The notes beneath the pieces are model-generated. The model worked only from the letters and a program-made list of their open reading frames with translations, made no database searches and had not been told where the DNA came from. The translations under genes and the position numbers were made by a program. From an uncultured delta proteobacterium (GTDB taxonomy: Bacteria > Desulfobacterota > Binatia > JACPRU01), in contig CAVUWD010000013.1 of assembly GCA_963745025.1 (NCBI GenBank), positions 256,001-320,000 on the forward strand: a stretch of 64,000 nucleotides of DNA, in the 5' to 3' direction. Each line of letters opens with the position of its first letter. Position 1 is the first letter of the stretch. This document shows, one piece after another, positions 10,989-21,330 of the stretch.

Positions 10989-12395
10989 ATGAAGCCACGC
11001 GCCACGAGCGGCGTGGGGACGATGGCCTGGCTCGCTCTCCTCGTTTCGCAGTCGATCGCCGGGGCCGAGACGGTGCTTCTCACTCGTGACATCAACCCCG
11101 GCGCGGCTTCCTCGAGCCCGAGTGACTTCGCCGTCGTCGGCGACACGCTCTTCTTCTCCGCGAACGACGGCGTCAACGGCTTCGAGCTCTGGAAGAGCGA
11201 CGGCACCGAGGAAGGCACCGTGCTCGTCGCCGACATCAATCCGCCCGGTGGCCTCGGCTTCGGCCATTCCTCGCCGTCGTCGCCCGTCGCGGTCGGCGCG
11301 GTGCTCTTCTTCGCCGCGAACGACGGGGTCACGGGTCGCGAGCTCTGGAGGAGCAACGGCAGCGCCGAGGGCACGGACCGCGTTCGCGACATCGTTCCTG
11401 GAGCGGTCGGGTCGGATCCCGAGGATCTCCTGGCGGTCGACGGCACGGTCTACTTCTCGGCCATGGGGCCCGGGACGGGACGCGAGCTCTGGAGGAGCGA
11501 CGGCACGCGAGACGGAACCCGGATGGTCGCCGACATCGCTCGCGGGTTCGGCGCCTCCTCAACACCGCGCTTTCTCACGCGCGTCGGCGACGCGATCTTC
11601 TTCTCCGCTCGAAACGCCCGGGGCCGGGAGCTCTGGAAGACCGACGGGAGCGAATCCGGGACCGTGCTCGTCGAGGACATCAATCCGTCGGGCAACTCCT
11701 TCCCCGAGAGCTTGATGGCGGTCGGCGGCCTCCTCTTCTTCGCAGCGAACGACGGCCACCACGGGAAGGAGCTCTGGCGGAGCGATGGCACGCCGCAGGG
11801 CACGAGAATGGTCCGCGACATCGCGCCCGGTACGACGAGCTCCAACCCCGCGGCATTCGCGGTCTTCGGGGAACGTCTCTACTTCTCGGCCTTCGATCCG
11901 GCGCACGGGCGCGAGCTCTGGACGAGCGACGGCACGGGGCCCGGCACGACGCGGGTGAAGGACATCTTTCCGGGTTCCACCAGCTCCGAGGCCGCCGACC
12001 TCGTTCGCGCGGCGGGACGGCTCTTCTTCGCCGCCGCGCATCCCGATCTCGGGACCGAGCTCTGGGCGAGCGACGGGACCCGAGTCGGAACGCAGGTCGT
12101 CGCCGATATCGGGCCGGGCTCGGCGAGCGGTCTCGGCGCGGGCTTCGGCTTCTTCTACCTGACGCGCGTCCCGGGCGGGGTGTACTTCGCCGCCGACGAC
12201 GGCGAGCACGGGACCGAGCTCTGGCGGAGCGACGGCAGCGAGAACGGTACGACTCTCGTCGCCGACATCGCACCCGGCCCCGACGGCGCGCTCGCGCATC
12301 TCGAACCTGTCGGCATCGTTCGCGCCGGGTCGCTGGTCTTCTTCCTCGCCGACGACGGCGAGCACGGCCTCGAGCTCTGGGCGACTCCGCTCTGA
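10989..12395 (+). CDS. secreted ELWxxDGT repeat protein
   Basis: Signal-peptide-like N-terminus and about 9 copies of G-x-ELW-x-[ST]-[DN]G-[TS] at roughly 49-aa spacing; start codon uncertain. Confidence 0.85.
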   Translation: MKPRATSGVGTMAWLALLVSQSIAGAETVLLTRDINPGAASSSPSDFAVVGDTLFFSANDGVNGFELWKSDGTEEGTVLVADINPPGGLGFGHSSPSSPVAVGAVLFFAANDGVTGRELWRSNGSAEGTDRVRDIVPGAVGSDPEDLLAVDGTVYFSAMGPGTGRELWRSDGTRDGTRMVADIARGFGASSTPRFLTRVGDAIFFSARNARGRELWKTDGSESGTVLVEDINPSGNSFPESLMAVGGLLFFAANDGHHGKELWRSDGTPQGTRMVRDIAPGTTSSNPAAFAVFGERLYFSAFDPAHGRELWTSDGTGPGTTRVKDIFPGSTSSEAADLVRAAGRLFFAAAHPDLGTELWASDGTRVGTQVVADIGPGSASGLGAGFGFFYLTRVPGGVYFAADDGEHGTELWRSDGSENGTTLVADIAPGPDGALAHLEPVGIVRAGSLVFFLADDGEHGLELWATPL

Positions 12396-12529
12396 GTTGA
12401 AGTTCGCATTACGCACCCTGAGGGATGCGACGTGCTCACCCGCGGGGAAGGAGAGGGGCGCTTCGCGCTCTTGGTCTGCGCGTGTGCGCGCCCGGAGGGC
12501 CCCGAGGACAGCACTGGGGGATAACACCG

Positions 12530-12559
12530 TTGACTCCATCCAAGTTCACCCGCTAGCAT
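12530..12559 (+). promoter_or_regulatory. putative sigma-70 promoter of the polysaccharide locus
   Basis: TTGACT-N18-TAGCAT about 87 nt upstream of the first gene. Confidence 0.45.
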
Positions 12560-12645
12560 TGGATGGCTAAGAGAGCGAACGGAGACTTGAGGATGCTCGT
12601 CCAATCGATTCGGTGTCCACCGTACGGTGGACTGAGGAAAAGACC

Positions 12646-14133
12646 GTGAAAGTGCTCATGCTCAACCCGCCGTTCCTGCGGCGTTATTCACGGTCGCAGC
12701 GTAGCCCGGCGGTGATCAAAAGCGGGACTCTCTACTACCCGATCTGGCTCGGGTACGCGACCGGTGTCCTCGAAGAAGCCGGCCATGACGCACGTCTCAT
12801 CGATGCCCCGGCGCGCGGGTACGAGCTCGAATGGGTGAAGGACTTCACCCGGGACTTTCGACCGGACGTCATGGTCCTGGACAGCAGCACGCCGAGCTTC
12901 CAGTCGGACGTGCGCGTCGCTGCGGAGCTCAAGGCCGTCGCTCCCGAAGCACCCGTGGTCTTCGTGGGCAACCACGTCTCCGCAACCGCCGAAGAGTCAC
13001 TCCGCAAGGGCGAGGTGATCGACGTCGTCGCGCGCGAGGAGTACGACTTCACGCTGCGCGAGCTCGTTCCTGTGCTCCACGAGCGCGGGGATCTGAGCAC
13101 GGTGGGGGGCATCTCCTTTCGCCGAGGCTCGGAGATCCGGCACAACCCTCGACGCGAGTACATCTGGGATCTCGACAAGATTCCCTGGGTCAGCAAGGTG
13201 TGGAAGAAGCACCTGGACTATCGCGATTACTTCTACTCGATCACGCAGTACCCGGAGATCACGATCGTCACCTCGCGCGGGTGCCCATATCACTGCTCGT
13301 TTTGCGTGTATCCCCAGGTGATGCACGGTCACAAGTACCGCCGCCGTAGTGCGCAGGACGTCGTGAACGAGTTCTGCTACGTCGAGCGCGAGTTCCCGAA
13401 CGTGAAGGAGATCTTCATCGAGGACGACACCTTCACCATCGATCCGAAATGGCTCCTCGACTTTTCGCAGTGCATGGTCGCCTCCGGTTGCAAGCTCCAG
13501 TGGACCGCGAATTCGCGCGTCGATCTGAAGCCGAACGTGCTGCAGGCGATGAAGCGGGCGAACTGCCGGCTGCTGTGCGTCGGCTTCGAGAGCGGTAACC
13601 AGGAGATCCTCGAGCGCATGCACAAGGGGATCGATCTCGACGAGACGAAGTCGTTCGTCCGAGACGCGCAACAGACCGGCATCATGGTCCACGGATGCTT
13701 CATGTGCGGGAACCCTGGGGAGACGCGCGCGACGTTCGAGCAGACGGTTCAGCTCGCGATGGAGATCAATCCTGACACGGCTCAGTTCTTCCCGATCATG
13801 GTCTATCCCGGCACCGAGACGTACAACTACTACAAGCAGAAGGGCCAGATCCGCAGCGAGAACTACGAGGACTGGATCACTCCCGAGGGCTGGCACAACT
13901 GCGTCGTGAGCACGCCGGATCTGTCGCACGAGGAGATGGTGCGGCTGTGCGACGAGGCGCGAGACCGCTTCTATCTACGACGCGAGTACGTTTGGTCGAA
14001 GCTGAAGCAGGTCTTGCATCACCCGAGCGAGTTCACTCGGGTCAGCATGGCTGCGAAGAACTACTTCCTCAGGTACATGACCAAGCGGTGGAGCCAGCGG
14101 AGTCACCTCGAGCGGTCTCTTCCCGCGGGTTGA
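12646..14133 (+). CDS. B12-binding domain radical SAM protein (HpnJ-like architecture)
   Basis: GTG start after GAGGA; N-terminal cobalamin-binding-like region; SRGCPYHCSFC, IEDDTF and GFESG motifs. Confidence 0.88.
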   Translation: MKVLMLNPPFLRRYSRSQRSPAVIKSGTLYYPIWLGYATGVLEEAGHDARLIDAPARGYELEWVKDFTRDFRPDVMVLDSSTPSFQSDVRVAAELKAVAPEAPVVFVGNHVSATAEESLRKGEVIDVVAREEYDFTLRELVPVLHERGDLSTVGGISFRRGSEIRHNPRREYIWDLDKIPWVSKVWKKHLDYRDYFYSITQYPEITIVTSRGCPYHCSFCVYPQVMHGHKYRRRSAQDVVNEFCYVEREFPNVKEIFIEDDTFTIDPKWLLDFSQCMVASGCKLQWTANSRVDLKPNVLQAMKRANCRLLCVGFESGNQEILERMHKGIDLDETKSFVRDAQQTGIMVHGCFMCGNPGETRATFEQTVQLAMEINPDTAQFFPIMVYPGTETYNYYKQKGQIRSENYEDWITPEGWHNCVVSTPDLSHEEMVRLCDEARDRFYLRREYVWSKLKQVLHHPSEFTRVSMAAKNYFLRYMTKRWSQRSHLERSLPAG

Positions 14134-14208
14134 CCGGCTCCCCGCCATGTCGTTCTCGCCGGTCGGTCAAGCCGAAGAGCCCTGGGTCGGTCGCTTTAGG
14201 GGAGCGGA

Positions 14209-15174
14209 GTGATCTCGGTCGTGGTGCCAGCGTTCAACGCAGCGGAGACCATCGATTCCTGCCTCGTCGCGCTGGCGAGGCAGACGGTCCCCGAAGACCG
14301 CTACGAGGTGATCGTCGTCGACGACGGCTCGATCGACGGGACCGCCGCGTGCGCGGAAAAGCGCGGGGTTCGGGTCCTGCGTCAGACGAACCAGGGACCG
14401 GCGGCGGCGCGCAATCACGGCGCCCGCGAAGCCCGCGGCGAATTGCTCCTCTTCACCGACGCCGACTGCGTTCCGGCGGCGAACTGGATCGAGGAAATGG
14501 CGAAGCCTTTCGCGAACCCCGAGGTCGCGGGGGTGAAAGGGATCTACCGCACGCGACAGCCCGAGCTGGCGGCGCGCTTCATCCAGGTCGAATACGAGCA
14601 CAAGTACGAGCGCATGCGCCGACGTCGGGAGATCGACTTCGTCGACACGTACTCCGCGGGGTTCCGGCGCGACCTCTTCCTGAGCTACAAGGGCTTCGAC
14701 ACGAGCTTCCCGTCGGCGTCCGTGGAGGACCAGGAGTTCTCGTTCCGTCTCGCGGAGAACGGCCGCAAGATGGTCTTTCAGCCGACCGCGGCCGTGTTCC
14801 ATCGCCACCAGCCCAACTTCGCGGGATACCTGCGCCGCAAGTTCTACGTCGCATACTGGAAGGTGCGCGTGCTGCTGAAGCATCCGAAGAAGGTCGCCGG
14901 CGACGCGCACACGCCCGGGTCGCTGCGGCTGCAGATCGTTCTCACCTATGCCTTCGCCGGAGCCCTGCTCGCGGCCCTCCTCTTTCCCCGGGCGCTCGTC
15001 CTCGCCGGCTTGAGCCTCGCCGCCTTCCTTGCAAGCACGCTGCCGTTCGTCTCCTTTGCTCGAGGCCGCGATCCCTCGGTCGCGCGCCTGGCGCCCGGTC
15101 TGCTGTTCCTGCGCTCGATTGCCTTTTGTGCCGGGCTAGTGGCGGGCGCGTTCGGCCGGATCGCGAGACGATGA
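14209..15174 (+). CDS. GT2 glycosyltransferase
   Basis: ISVVVPAFN, VVDDGS, GPAAARN, FTDAD and VED motifs; C-terminal TMs. Confidence 0.9.
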   Translation: MISVVVPAFNAAETIDSCLVALARQTVPEDRYEVIVVDDGSIDGTAACAEKRGVRVLRQTNQGPAAARNHGAREARGELLLFTDADCVPAANWIEEMAKPFANPEVAGVKGIYRTRQPELAARFIQVEYEHKYERMRRRREIDFVDTYSAGFRRDLFLSYKGFDTSFPSASVEDQEFSFRLAENGRKMVFQPTAAVFHRHQPNFAGYLRRKFYVAYWKVRVLLKHPKKVAGDAHTPGSLRLQIVLTYAFAGALLAALLFPRALVLAGLSLAAFLASTLPFVSFARGRDPSVARLAPGLLFLRSIAFCAGLVAGAFGRIARR

Positions 15175-16232
15175 CCGGCGGCGAACGAAAACGCGTTCTC
15201 GTCTTCGGCGCCCCGGCCGCGGCCGCGACAATCGCTCGACGCTTGGAAGGCGAATATCCGATGCAGTTCGAGTACGTGGGCTTCTCCGACGAGAACGGCC
15301 GCGATGGACGTCCGAGCGGAGGAGAACGGTTCTCGCCCCACGACTTCGACGGCGCCTCGTCGCAGGCGGCGTCTCTCCTCGGCCTCCTCGAGCACACGGG
15401 TGCAGAGGTCGTCTTCTGCGCCGCGCCGCTCCGTTACGCGTCGTTGACCGACGTCACGCTGCGGCTGTCACCGGCGAGCCGGGTCGACTTTCGCCTCCCG
15501 CCAGAGGTGTACGCGCAGACTGTCGAGCCGGTCCGAGCCCCGACCAACGGCTTCTTCGGATCGCTGAGCCTTCGCGAGCCCAATCTCCCGCCTTGGCACC
15601 GACGGCTCAAGCGCGCCATGGACATCGTCCTCTCGCTCCTCATGCTCGTTGCCTGCGCCCCGATCTTCCTGGTGGTTCCGATCCTCATCAAGTTGTTGAG
15701 CCGCGGCCCGGTCTTCCACACGCAAATCCGCGCAGGCCAGAACGGCTATCCATTCCGCCTCTACAAGTTTCGCTCCATGGTCGCGAACGCCGAGCAGCTG
15801 CTCTCGCAGCAGGTCGCACTCGACGCCGGCGGCGAGCCCGTGTTCAAGCTCGTCGACGACCCCCGCGTTACCGCCTTAGGGAAGATACTCCGGCGCACGA
15901 GCATCGATGAGCTACCCCAGATCTTCAACGTGCTGCGTGGCGAAATGAGCTGGGTTGGACCGCGACCGGAGGAGGTGCACATCGTCGAGAAGTACAACGG
16001 CTACCAGCGCCAGCGGCTGCGAGCGCGACCCGGTGTCACGGGCCTACAGCAGATCCGTTGCCGCGGCGTCCCCTCGATGGAGGAACGCATGGTTGACGAC
16101 CTCGAGTACATCGAAACGCAGACGCTCTGGATGGACCTGAAGATCCTCGTGAAGAGCGTCTTCGTGGTGCTGTCGCTCAAGGAAGTCCGCTGGCCGAAGC
16201 GCGCCGCCCGCCGTATGGTCGTGACCCGATGA
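15171..16232 (+). CDS. polyprenyl-phosphate sugar-1-phosphate transferase (initiating enzyme)
   Basis: KRAMDI, YKFRSM, DDPRVT, RRTSIDELPQ, GEMSWVGPRP and PGVTG motifs. Confidence 0.9.
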   Translation: MTGGERKRVLVFGAPAAAATIARRLEGEYPMQFEYVGFSDENGRDGRPSGGERFSPHDFDGASSQAASLLGLLEHTGAEVVFCAAPLRYASLTDVTLRLSPASRVDFRLPPEVYAQTVEPVRAPTNGFFGSLSLREPNLPPWHRRLKRAMDIVLSLLMLVACAPIFLVVPILIKLLSRGPVFHTQIRAGQNGYPFRLYKFRSMVANAEQLLSQQVALDAGGEPVFKLVDDPRVTALGKILRRTSIDELPQIFNVLRGEMSWVGPRPEEVHIVEKYNGYQRQRLRARPGVTGLQQIRCRGVPSMEERMVDDLEYIETQTLWMDLKILVKSVFVVLSLKEVRWPKRAARRMVVTR

Positions 16233-17269
16233 ACGACGCACGTCGCCGGCGCCTCGTCACGGGTAGGGCGCGGTGGCTGGCGGCCGCGCTGACGCTCGCG
16301 GTCCTTTCCGGGTGCTCGGCCCGCCGAGCCCAGTCCGCGAAGGAGATCTCGGCTGCTGCGGCTCCGCCTCCGGGCGAGGCCGCGTTTCAAGAGGCGGGTA
16401 ACCTCTCGATGGCGCAGTCACTCCAAGCGGAGACCCCCGAGGACTATCGCCTGGGCCCGGGCGACACCGTGGAGATCTCGCTCCTCCGCCATCCAGAGTT
16501 CCACGCCGACGTCACGATCGGCCCGACGGGTAACATTCTCTACTACCTCGTGGGCGAAGTCGCGGCACGCGGGCTCACGCTGCTCGAGCTGCGCGAGGCA
16601 CTGCGCAGCCGCCTGACGGCCTTCGTGCGGGAGCCCGAGGTGCTCGTGCGTATCACCGAGTACAGGAGCCAGCGCGTCTACGCGCTCGGGCAGGTGCGCA
16701 ACCCCGGGTTCTACCCCCTGCGCGGCCCGACGACGCTCGTCGAGCTGATGGCCATGGCGGGAGGGTTCACCGACCGCGCGTTCCTGCGCGGCGCGTACCT
16801 GGTGCGGGGCGGCAAGCTGACGATCATCAACTTCCCCGCTCTGTTCGAGAAGGGAAACATGGGGGAGAACGTCCCCGTTCATGCCAACGACATCGTCTTC
16901 ATCCCGGACCAAAACGACCAGAAGGTGTTCCTCCTCGGCGAGGTGAGTCATCCGGCCGCGATCATACTCGAACGCGACCTCACGCTGCTCCAGGCCATCG
17001 CCGTCGCCGGGGGCTTGACCCGGGACAGCGACTGGAAGAGTGTGCTGCTTCTCCGCGGTGGCCTGAGCAACCCGCGCTACGTCGAGCTCGATGTGAAGGA
17101 GATGCTGCGCGGAAAGGACCGCCGCGGTGATCTCCTCCTCGAGCGGGGCGACATCATCTACGTGGCGAGCACGCCGATCACCGACGTCGCGCACTTCATG
17201 GCGCAGATCTCGACGATCCTTTCGCCGATCTTCAACGGCTTCCAGGTCCGCTACGTCATCCGGCCCTAG
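16229..17269 (+). CDS. wza: polysaccharide export outer-membrane lipoprotein (Wza-like)
   Basis: Lipobox LSGC, YRLGPGD poly-export motif and two SLBB-like repeats. Confidence 0.85.
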   Translation: MNDARRRRLVTGRARWLAAALTLAVLSGCSARRAQSAKEISAAAAPPPGEAAFQEAGNLSMAQSLQAETPEDYRLGPGDTVEISLLRHPEFHADVTIGPTGNILYYLVGEVAARGLTLLELREALRSRLTAFVREPEVLVRITEYRSQRVYALGQVRNPGFYPLRGPTTLVELMAMAGGFTDRAFLRGAYLVRGGKLTIINFPALFEKGNMGENVPVHANDIVFIPDQNDQKVFLLGEVSHPAAIILERDLTLLQAIAVAGGLTRDSDWKSVLLLRGGLSNPRYVELDVKEMLRGKDRRGDLLLERGDIIYVASTPITDVAHFMAQISTILSPIFNGFQVRYVIRP

Positions 17270-17302
17270 TAGCGGAAACGCGCCGCACGAAAGGACGCAT
17301 AG

Positions 17303-19366
17303 ATGGAGCTCCAGCAGATTCTCGACATTCTGCGCCGCCGGAAGCGGATGGCTCTGCTGACGTTCCTGGTGGTCACGGTGACCGCGATGGGGATCACCTT
17401 TCTCCTCACGCCGACGTACACGGCGTCGAGCAAGATCTACATCAAGCCGGTGACGGAGGTCGCCGCCAGCCTGAAGATCCCCGTCCTGACCGAAGTGGCC
17501 TCCCTGCTCACCCAGAGCAGCGACGCCGACGTCGGCATGGGGCTCGCGCTGTCGCGGCCGTTGATGGACCGCATGGCGTCCACGCTCCAACTGCGCAACG
17601 ACGTCGGAGACGTGCGTAAGGCGGACGACTTGATCGTTTCGACCCTGCTTTATCCGCTCTTCCCGAAGCCCCTCGTCGAGATCATCAAAATCCCGGCAAC
17701 GAGCCTCCTCCAGCTCTTCGTATACGACACCGATCCGCAAGAGGCCGCGTTGATGGCCACAACGCTGGCCGACCTCATGGTCGAGGAGAGCCGCCAGGAC
17801 ACCCGCGCGGAATACCGGAGCGCGCTCACCTTCGTGGAAGAGCAAATCCAGGGCGTCAAGGGCCAGTACGACGCCGCGCTCGACGCGGTCCGACGCTTCC
17901 AGGAGGAGCATCAGACCGTGAACCTGGGCACCGAGAAACAGCTCGCAGCCGACGAATTCGCGGGTCTCCTGAAGCAGAAGGAGAGCGACCTGGTCCAGAT
18001 GGCGCAGGCGCGCGTCAAGCTCGAGACCATTCGAAGCCAGACGCAAAGGCCGTCCGGGGAGGGTGTCGCGACGTTCGTTCTCGACGAGAACCCCCAGGTA
18101 CGAGCGCTGAAGGAGCGCCTTTCGACCCTCGAGGTCGAGCTCGCGGCCGCCCTCACCGAGTTCACGGAGGCTGCTCCTCAGGTAAAGGTGCTCCGCCAGG
18201 AGATCGCTCGCGTCCGCAGCGAGCTGCCGAAGGAGCTACAGGTGCAGCAGGCGACGGGCGTCGCAGCCGCGACGCTCGAGCGCGAGATCGATGGCCTCGG
18301 GGCGCACCTCACCGGCGTGGACGCCGCCATCGACAAGCTCGTCGGCTCGTCGTTTCGCGGATTGCCCGCAAAGTCCGCCGAGCAGGCACGGCTCGATCTC
18401 GCGGTGAGCGCCACCGAGCGCGTGTACGAGTCCCTGCTCGAATACCGAAACCAGATCGGCGTGGCCGAGGCGTCGGTGCTGTCGAACATCCGGGTTGTCA
18501 ATCCGGCCGTCGCGCCGCTCTGGCCGACGAGCCCGAACAAGCTCTTGAACCTGGCGGTCGCATTGGCTCTCGGCGCGTTCCTGGGCATGGGCCTGGCATT
18601 CCTCCAGGAGACCCTCGACGACTCGTTGAGGAGGCCCGGGGACCTCGAGCTTGGGCCGACGAAGGGGCTCCCGGTGCTGGCCACGATCCCGCGCTTTCGC
18701 GGCGCCGACGCCGCTTCGATCGCCTCGCTGCCCCCAGCCGCCCCGCCTTGCGAGGCCTATCGAGCGCTGCGCCACGCTCTCGAGTTCGCGAGCCCCGAGC
18801 GGCCCCTAAAGCGGCTCCTCTTCACCAGCGCCTGGGCCGGGGAAGGCAAGACGACCACCGTCGCCAACCTCGGCGTCACCCTCGCGCGCGACCACAAGCG
18901 CGTGCTGCTGGTGGACGCCGACCTGCGTCAGCCCGGCCTCGATCTCTTCTTCCACGGCCAGCCGGCACAGCTCGGGCTGGGCGACGTCCTCGCGGGCGTA
19001 GCCGAGCTCGACGAGGTGATCCGTAAGACCGACATCGAAGGTCTGCACCTCCTGCCCGGCGGTCGGCCGCCGGTCGATCCCGCGGAACTGATCGAGTCGA
19101 GCCGTCTCCGCGAGGTGATCGAGACCGTCTCTGCGCGCTTCGACGTCGTGCTGATCGACAGCCCGCCGGCGCTCCTCGTGAACGACGCCCTGATCCTCGG
19201 GGGAGCCGTCGACGGCGTGGTCGCCCTCTTCCAGAGCGGAGGCGTTTCGCGGGAGGACGCTTTGGCGTTATGCGAGCGCTTGCGGCGCGCGAGGGTGCCA
19301 TTGGTCGGCGCGGTGCTCACCAAGTTCGCCCCCCAACGGGGATCGGCTCCGCATGGCTACTATTGA
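17303..19366 (+). CDS. wzc: polysaccharide co-polymerase/tyrosine kinase (Wzc-like)
   Basis: Two TMs flanking a coiled region; Walker A GEGKTT, LLVDADLR, IDSPP; C-terminal GYY. Confidence 0.88.
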   Translation: MELQQILDILRRRKRMALLTFLVVTVTAMGITFLLTPTYTASSKIYIKPVTEVAASLKIPVLTEVASLLTQSSDADVGMGLALSRPLMDRMASTLQLRNDVGDVRKADDLIVSTLLYPLFPKPLVEIIKIPATSLLQLFVYDTDPQEAALMATTLADLMVEESRQDTRAEYRSALTFVEEQIQGVKGQYDAALDAVRRFQEEHQTVNLGTEKQLAADEFAGLLKQKESDLVQMAQARVKLETIRSQTQRPSGEGVATFVLDENPQVRALKERLSTLEVELAAALTEFTEAAPQVKVLRQEIARVRSELPKELQVQQATGVAAATLEREIDGLGAHLTGVDAAIDKLVGSSFRGLPAKSAEQARLDLAVSATERVYESLLEYRNQIGVAEASVLSNIRVVNPAVAPLWPTSPNKLLNLAVALALGAFLGMGLAFLQETLDDSLRRPGDLELGPTKGLPVLATIPRFRGADAASIASLPPAAPPCEAYRALRHALEFASPERPLKRLLFTSAWAGEGKTTTVANLGVTLARDHKRVLLVDADLRQPGLDLFFHGQPAQLGLGDVLAGVAELDEVIRKTDIEGLHLLPGGRPPVDPAELIESSRLREVIETVSARFDVVLIDSPPALLVNDALILGGAVDGVVALFQSGGVSREDALALCERLRRARVPLVGAVLTKFAPQRGSAPHGYY

Positions 19367-19383
19367 TTCCTGAGGACTCCGCG

Positions 19384-19944
19384 ATGACTCGACGTTCGGT
19401 TTTGTGGATGGCATGCTGTCTGCTCGCCGCCGCATGCGGCCGCGACGCAGGACTCGTCAAGCGGCTCGAGAGCGACAACCCGATCGTGCGGCTCTCGGCG
19501 GCGCGCGAGATTGCGATCTACGCTGCCGCCACTGGGGTTTGGGGAGTGGCCGTATGGGTGCTAAAGGGCGTTCCCGGTTCCTCCGTCACCCGTGTGCTCG
19601 TCGAGCGCCTCCAGGACCCCTTGGCCGAGATCCGCCGGACCGCAGCTCAGGCGCTCGGCAACCTGCACATCCGTGAGGCCAGCGAGCCTCTGGCGGCGGC
19701 GCTGCGAGACGAGGTCCTCACGGTCCGGCTCGAAGCCGTCTCCTCTCTCGGCAAGATCGGTGATCCCCGGGGACTGCAGCCGCTCGCCGCCGTCCTCCGC
19801 GATCCTGAGCTCCAGGCGTCCGCGATCTGGGCGCTCGGCGCGATCGGCGACCGCCGGGCGGTTCCGCTGCTCAAGCCGCTTGCCGAGCACCCCGACGCAG
19901 CGGTCCGCTTGAACGTGCGCCGCGCGCTCGCCAAGCTCGGCTGA
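19384..19944 (+). CDS. HEAT-repeat lipoprotein
   Basis: Lipobox-like LAAAC; repeated (R)xxAxxxLG HEAT/PBS-type units. Confidence 0.7.
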   Translation: MTRRSVLWMACCLLAAACGRDAGLVKRLESDNPIVRLSAAREIAIYAAATGVWGVAVWVLKGVPGSSVTRVLVERLQDPLAEIRRTAAQALGNLHIREASEPLAAALRDEVLTVRLEAVSSLGKIGDPRGLQPLAAVLRDPELQASAIWALGAIGDRRAVPLLKPLAEHPDAAVRLNVRRALAKLG

Positions 19945-19968
19945 TCCACTGCTGATCTGGGCCTGCGA

Positions 19969-21330
19969 ATGGGTCTCCTCGAGAAACTCTGGCGCGGTCG
20001 GAGGCGACGCCGTGTCTGCGTTCTTGGCCTCGACGGGGTCCCGGTCGGGCTGCTGCGTGAGCTCGCCGCCCGCGGGCAGATGCCCTGCGCCCGGGAGCTC
20101 TTGCAGAGCGGAACACTCGTCCCGATGCTCTCGACGCTGCCTACGATCTCGAGCGTCTCGTGGACGAGCTTCATCACAGGAGTGAATCCCGGCCGCCACG
20201 GGGTCTACGGCTTCACCGACCTGAAGCCGGGCAGCTACGACGTGTACTTCCCGGACTTTCGGGAGGTGAAGAGCCCGACGCTCTGGGACCTCCTCGGCAA
20301 GGAGGGCCGCACGTCGTTCGTCCTGAACGTCCCCGGCACCTATCCGGCCCGGGAGCTGCGCGGCATGATGGTCTCCGGCTTCGTCGCCGTGAACCTCGCG
20401 AGGGCGGTCCATCCGCCCTCGATCCTGCCGACGCTGCAGGGCATGGGGTACAGGATCGACGTCGAGTACGCTCGCGCCGCCGAGGAGCCCGAGAGCTTCT
20501 TCGCGGATCTCGAAAGAACGCTCGCCGCGCGCCGCCAGGCGTTCCTCCATTTCCTCCGGCAGCCCGATTGGGACCTCTTCATCGGCGTGGTCACGGAGAC
20601 CGACCGGCTGCACCATTACTTCTGGGGCGACTACGTCGATCCGACGGCGCCGCGCCACGCAGCGTTCCTCGAGCACTACCGCCAGGTCGATTCACTCGTC
20701 GGCGAGGTGGCGGCGGAGGCGGAGCGCGCCGGTGCCGAGCTCCTCATGGTGTCGGATCACGGCCACTGCCGGATCGAGCAGGAGGTGTATCCGAACGTGT
20801 GGCTGCGCGATGAGGGTTACCTTCGGTTCCGCTCGCCGGTTCCGAAGTCGGTCGCCGACCTGGACCCCGCGTCGCGGGCCTTCGTTCTCGATCCCGGCCG
20901 GATCTATCTGAACGTGCGCGGAAGGTACCCCGGCGGTTGCGTCGAGGAAGCGCAGGCGGAGGGGCTCCGGCTCGAGCTGGCCGAGCGGCTGCGCAATCTC
21001 ACGGATCCAGCAAGCGGCGAGCGGCTGGTCGGCGAGGTGTGGACCAAGGAGCAGCTGTACGCGGGCCCCCAGGTGAACCGCGCCCCGGACCTGGTCCTGC
21101 AATGCAGGAACGGCTTCGACATCAAGGGCGCCGTGGCACGACGGAATCTGGTCGGGAAGATGAAACTCACCGGGATGCATACCTACGACGACTCCGTCTT
21201 CTACGTCCGCGGCCGGTCGGTGGCGCCGGGCGACGTCCGGATCGTCGACATCGCCCCCACGATCCTCGGAATGCTCGGCGTCGACACCCCGCCGACCATG
21301 GACGGCCGCCCGCAGGTGCTCGCGGCATGA
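19969..21330 (+). CDS. alkaline phosphatase superfamily (NPP/type I phosphodiesterase-like) protein 1
   Basis: GLDG, PTISSVSWTSFITG, ETDRLHH, SDHG and GMH; no LGY tail. Confidence 0.88.
   Translation: MGLLEKLWRGRRRRRVCVLGLDGVPVGLLRELAARGQMPCARELLQSGTLVPMLSTLPTISSVSWTSFITGVNPGRHGVYGFTDLKPGSYDVYFPDFREVKSPTLWDLLGKEGRTSFVLNVPGTYPARELRGMMVSGFVAVNLARAVHPPSILPTLQGMGYRIDVEYARAAEEPESFFADLERTLAARRQAFLHFLRQPDWDLFIGVVTETDRLHHYFWGDYVDPTAPRHAAFLEHYRQVDSLVGEVAAEAERAGAELLMVSDHGHCRIEQEVYPNVWLRDEGYLRFRSPVPKSVADLDPASRAFVLDPGRIYLNVRGRYPGGCVEEAQAEGLRLELAERLRNLTDPASGERLVGEVWTKEQLYAGPQVNRAPDLVLQCRNGFDIKGAVARRNLVGKMKLTGMHTYDDSVFYVRGRSVAPGDVRIVDIAPTILGMLGVDTPPTMDGRPQVLAA

Noticed and set aside
11080-12390. Recurring GAGCTCTGG...GACGG DNA motif
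   Set aside because: Fully explained by the ELWxxDGT protein repeats
13947-15170. Long N-terminal extension of the 761-aa ORF (likewise ORFs starting 20937, 24486, 28080, 51371, 62096 and the minus-strand ORF from 61186)
   Set aside because: Arg/Gly/Pro-rich shadow frames over real upstream genes in GC-rich DNA; true starts lie at stop/start overlaps downstream
19330-19366. Wzc tyrosine cluster reduced to GYY
   Set aside because: Short Tyr tails are within the normal variation of BY-kinases
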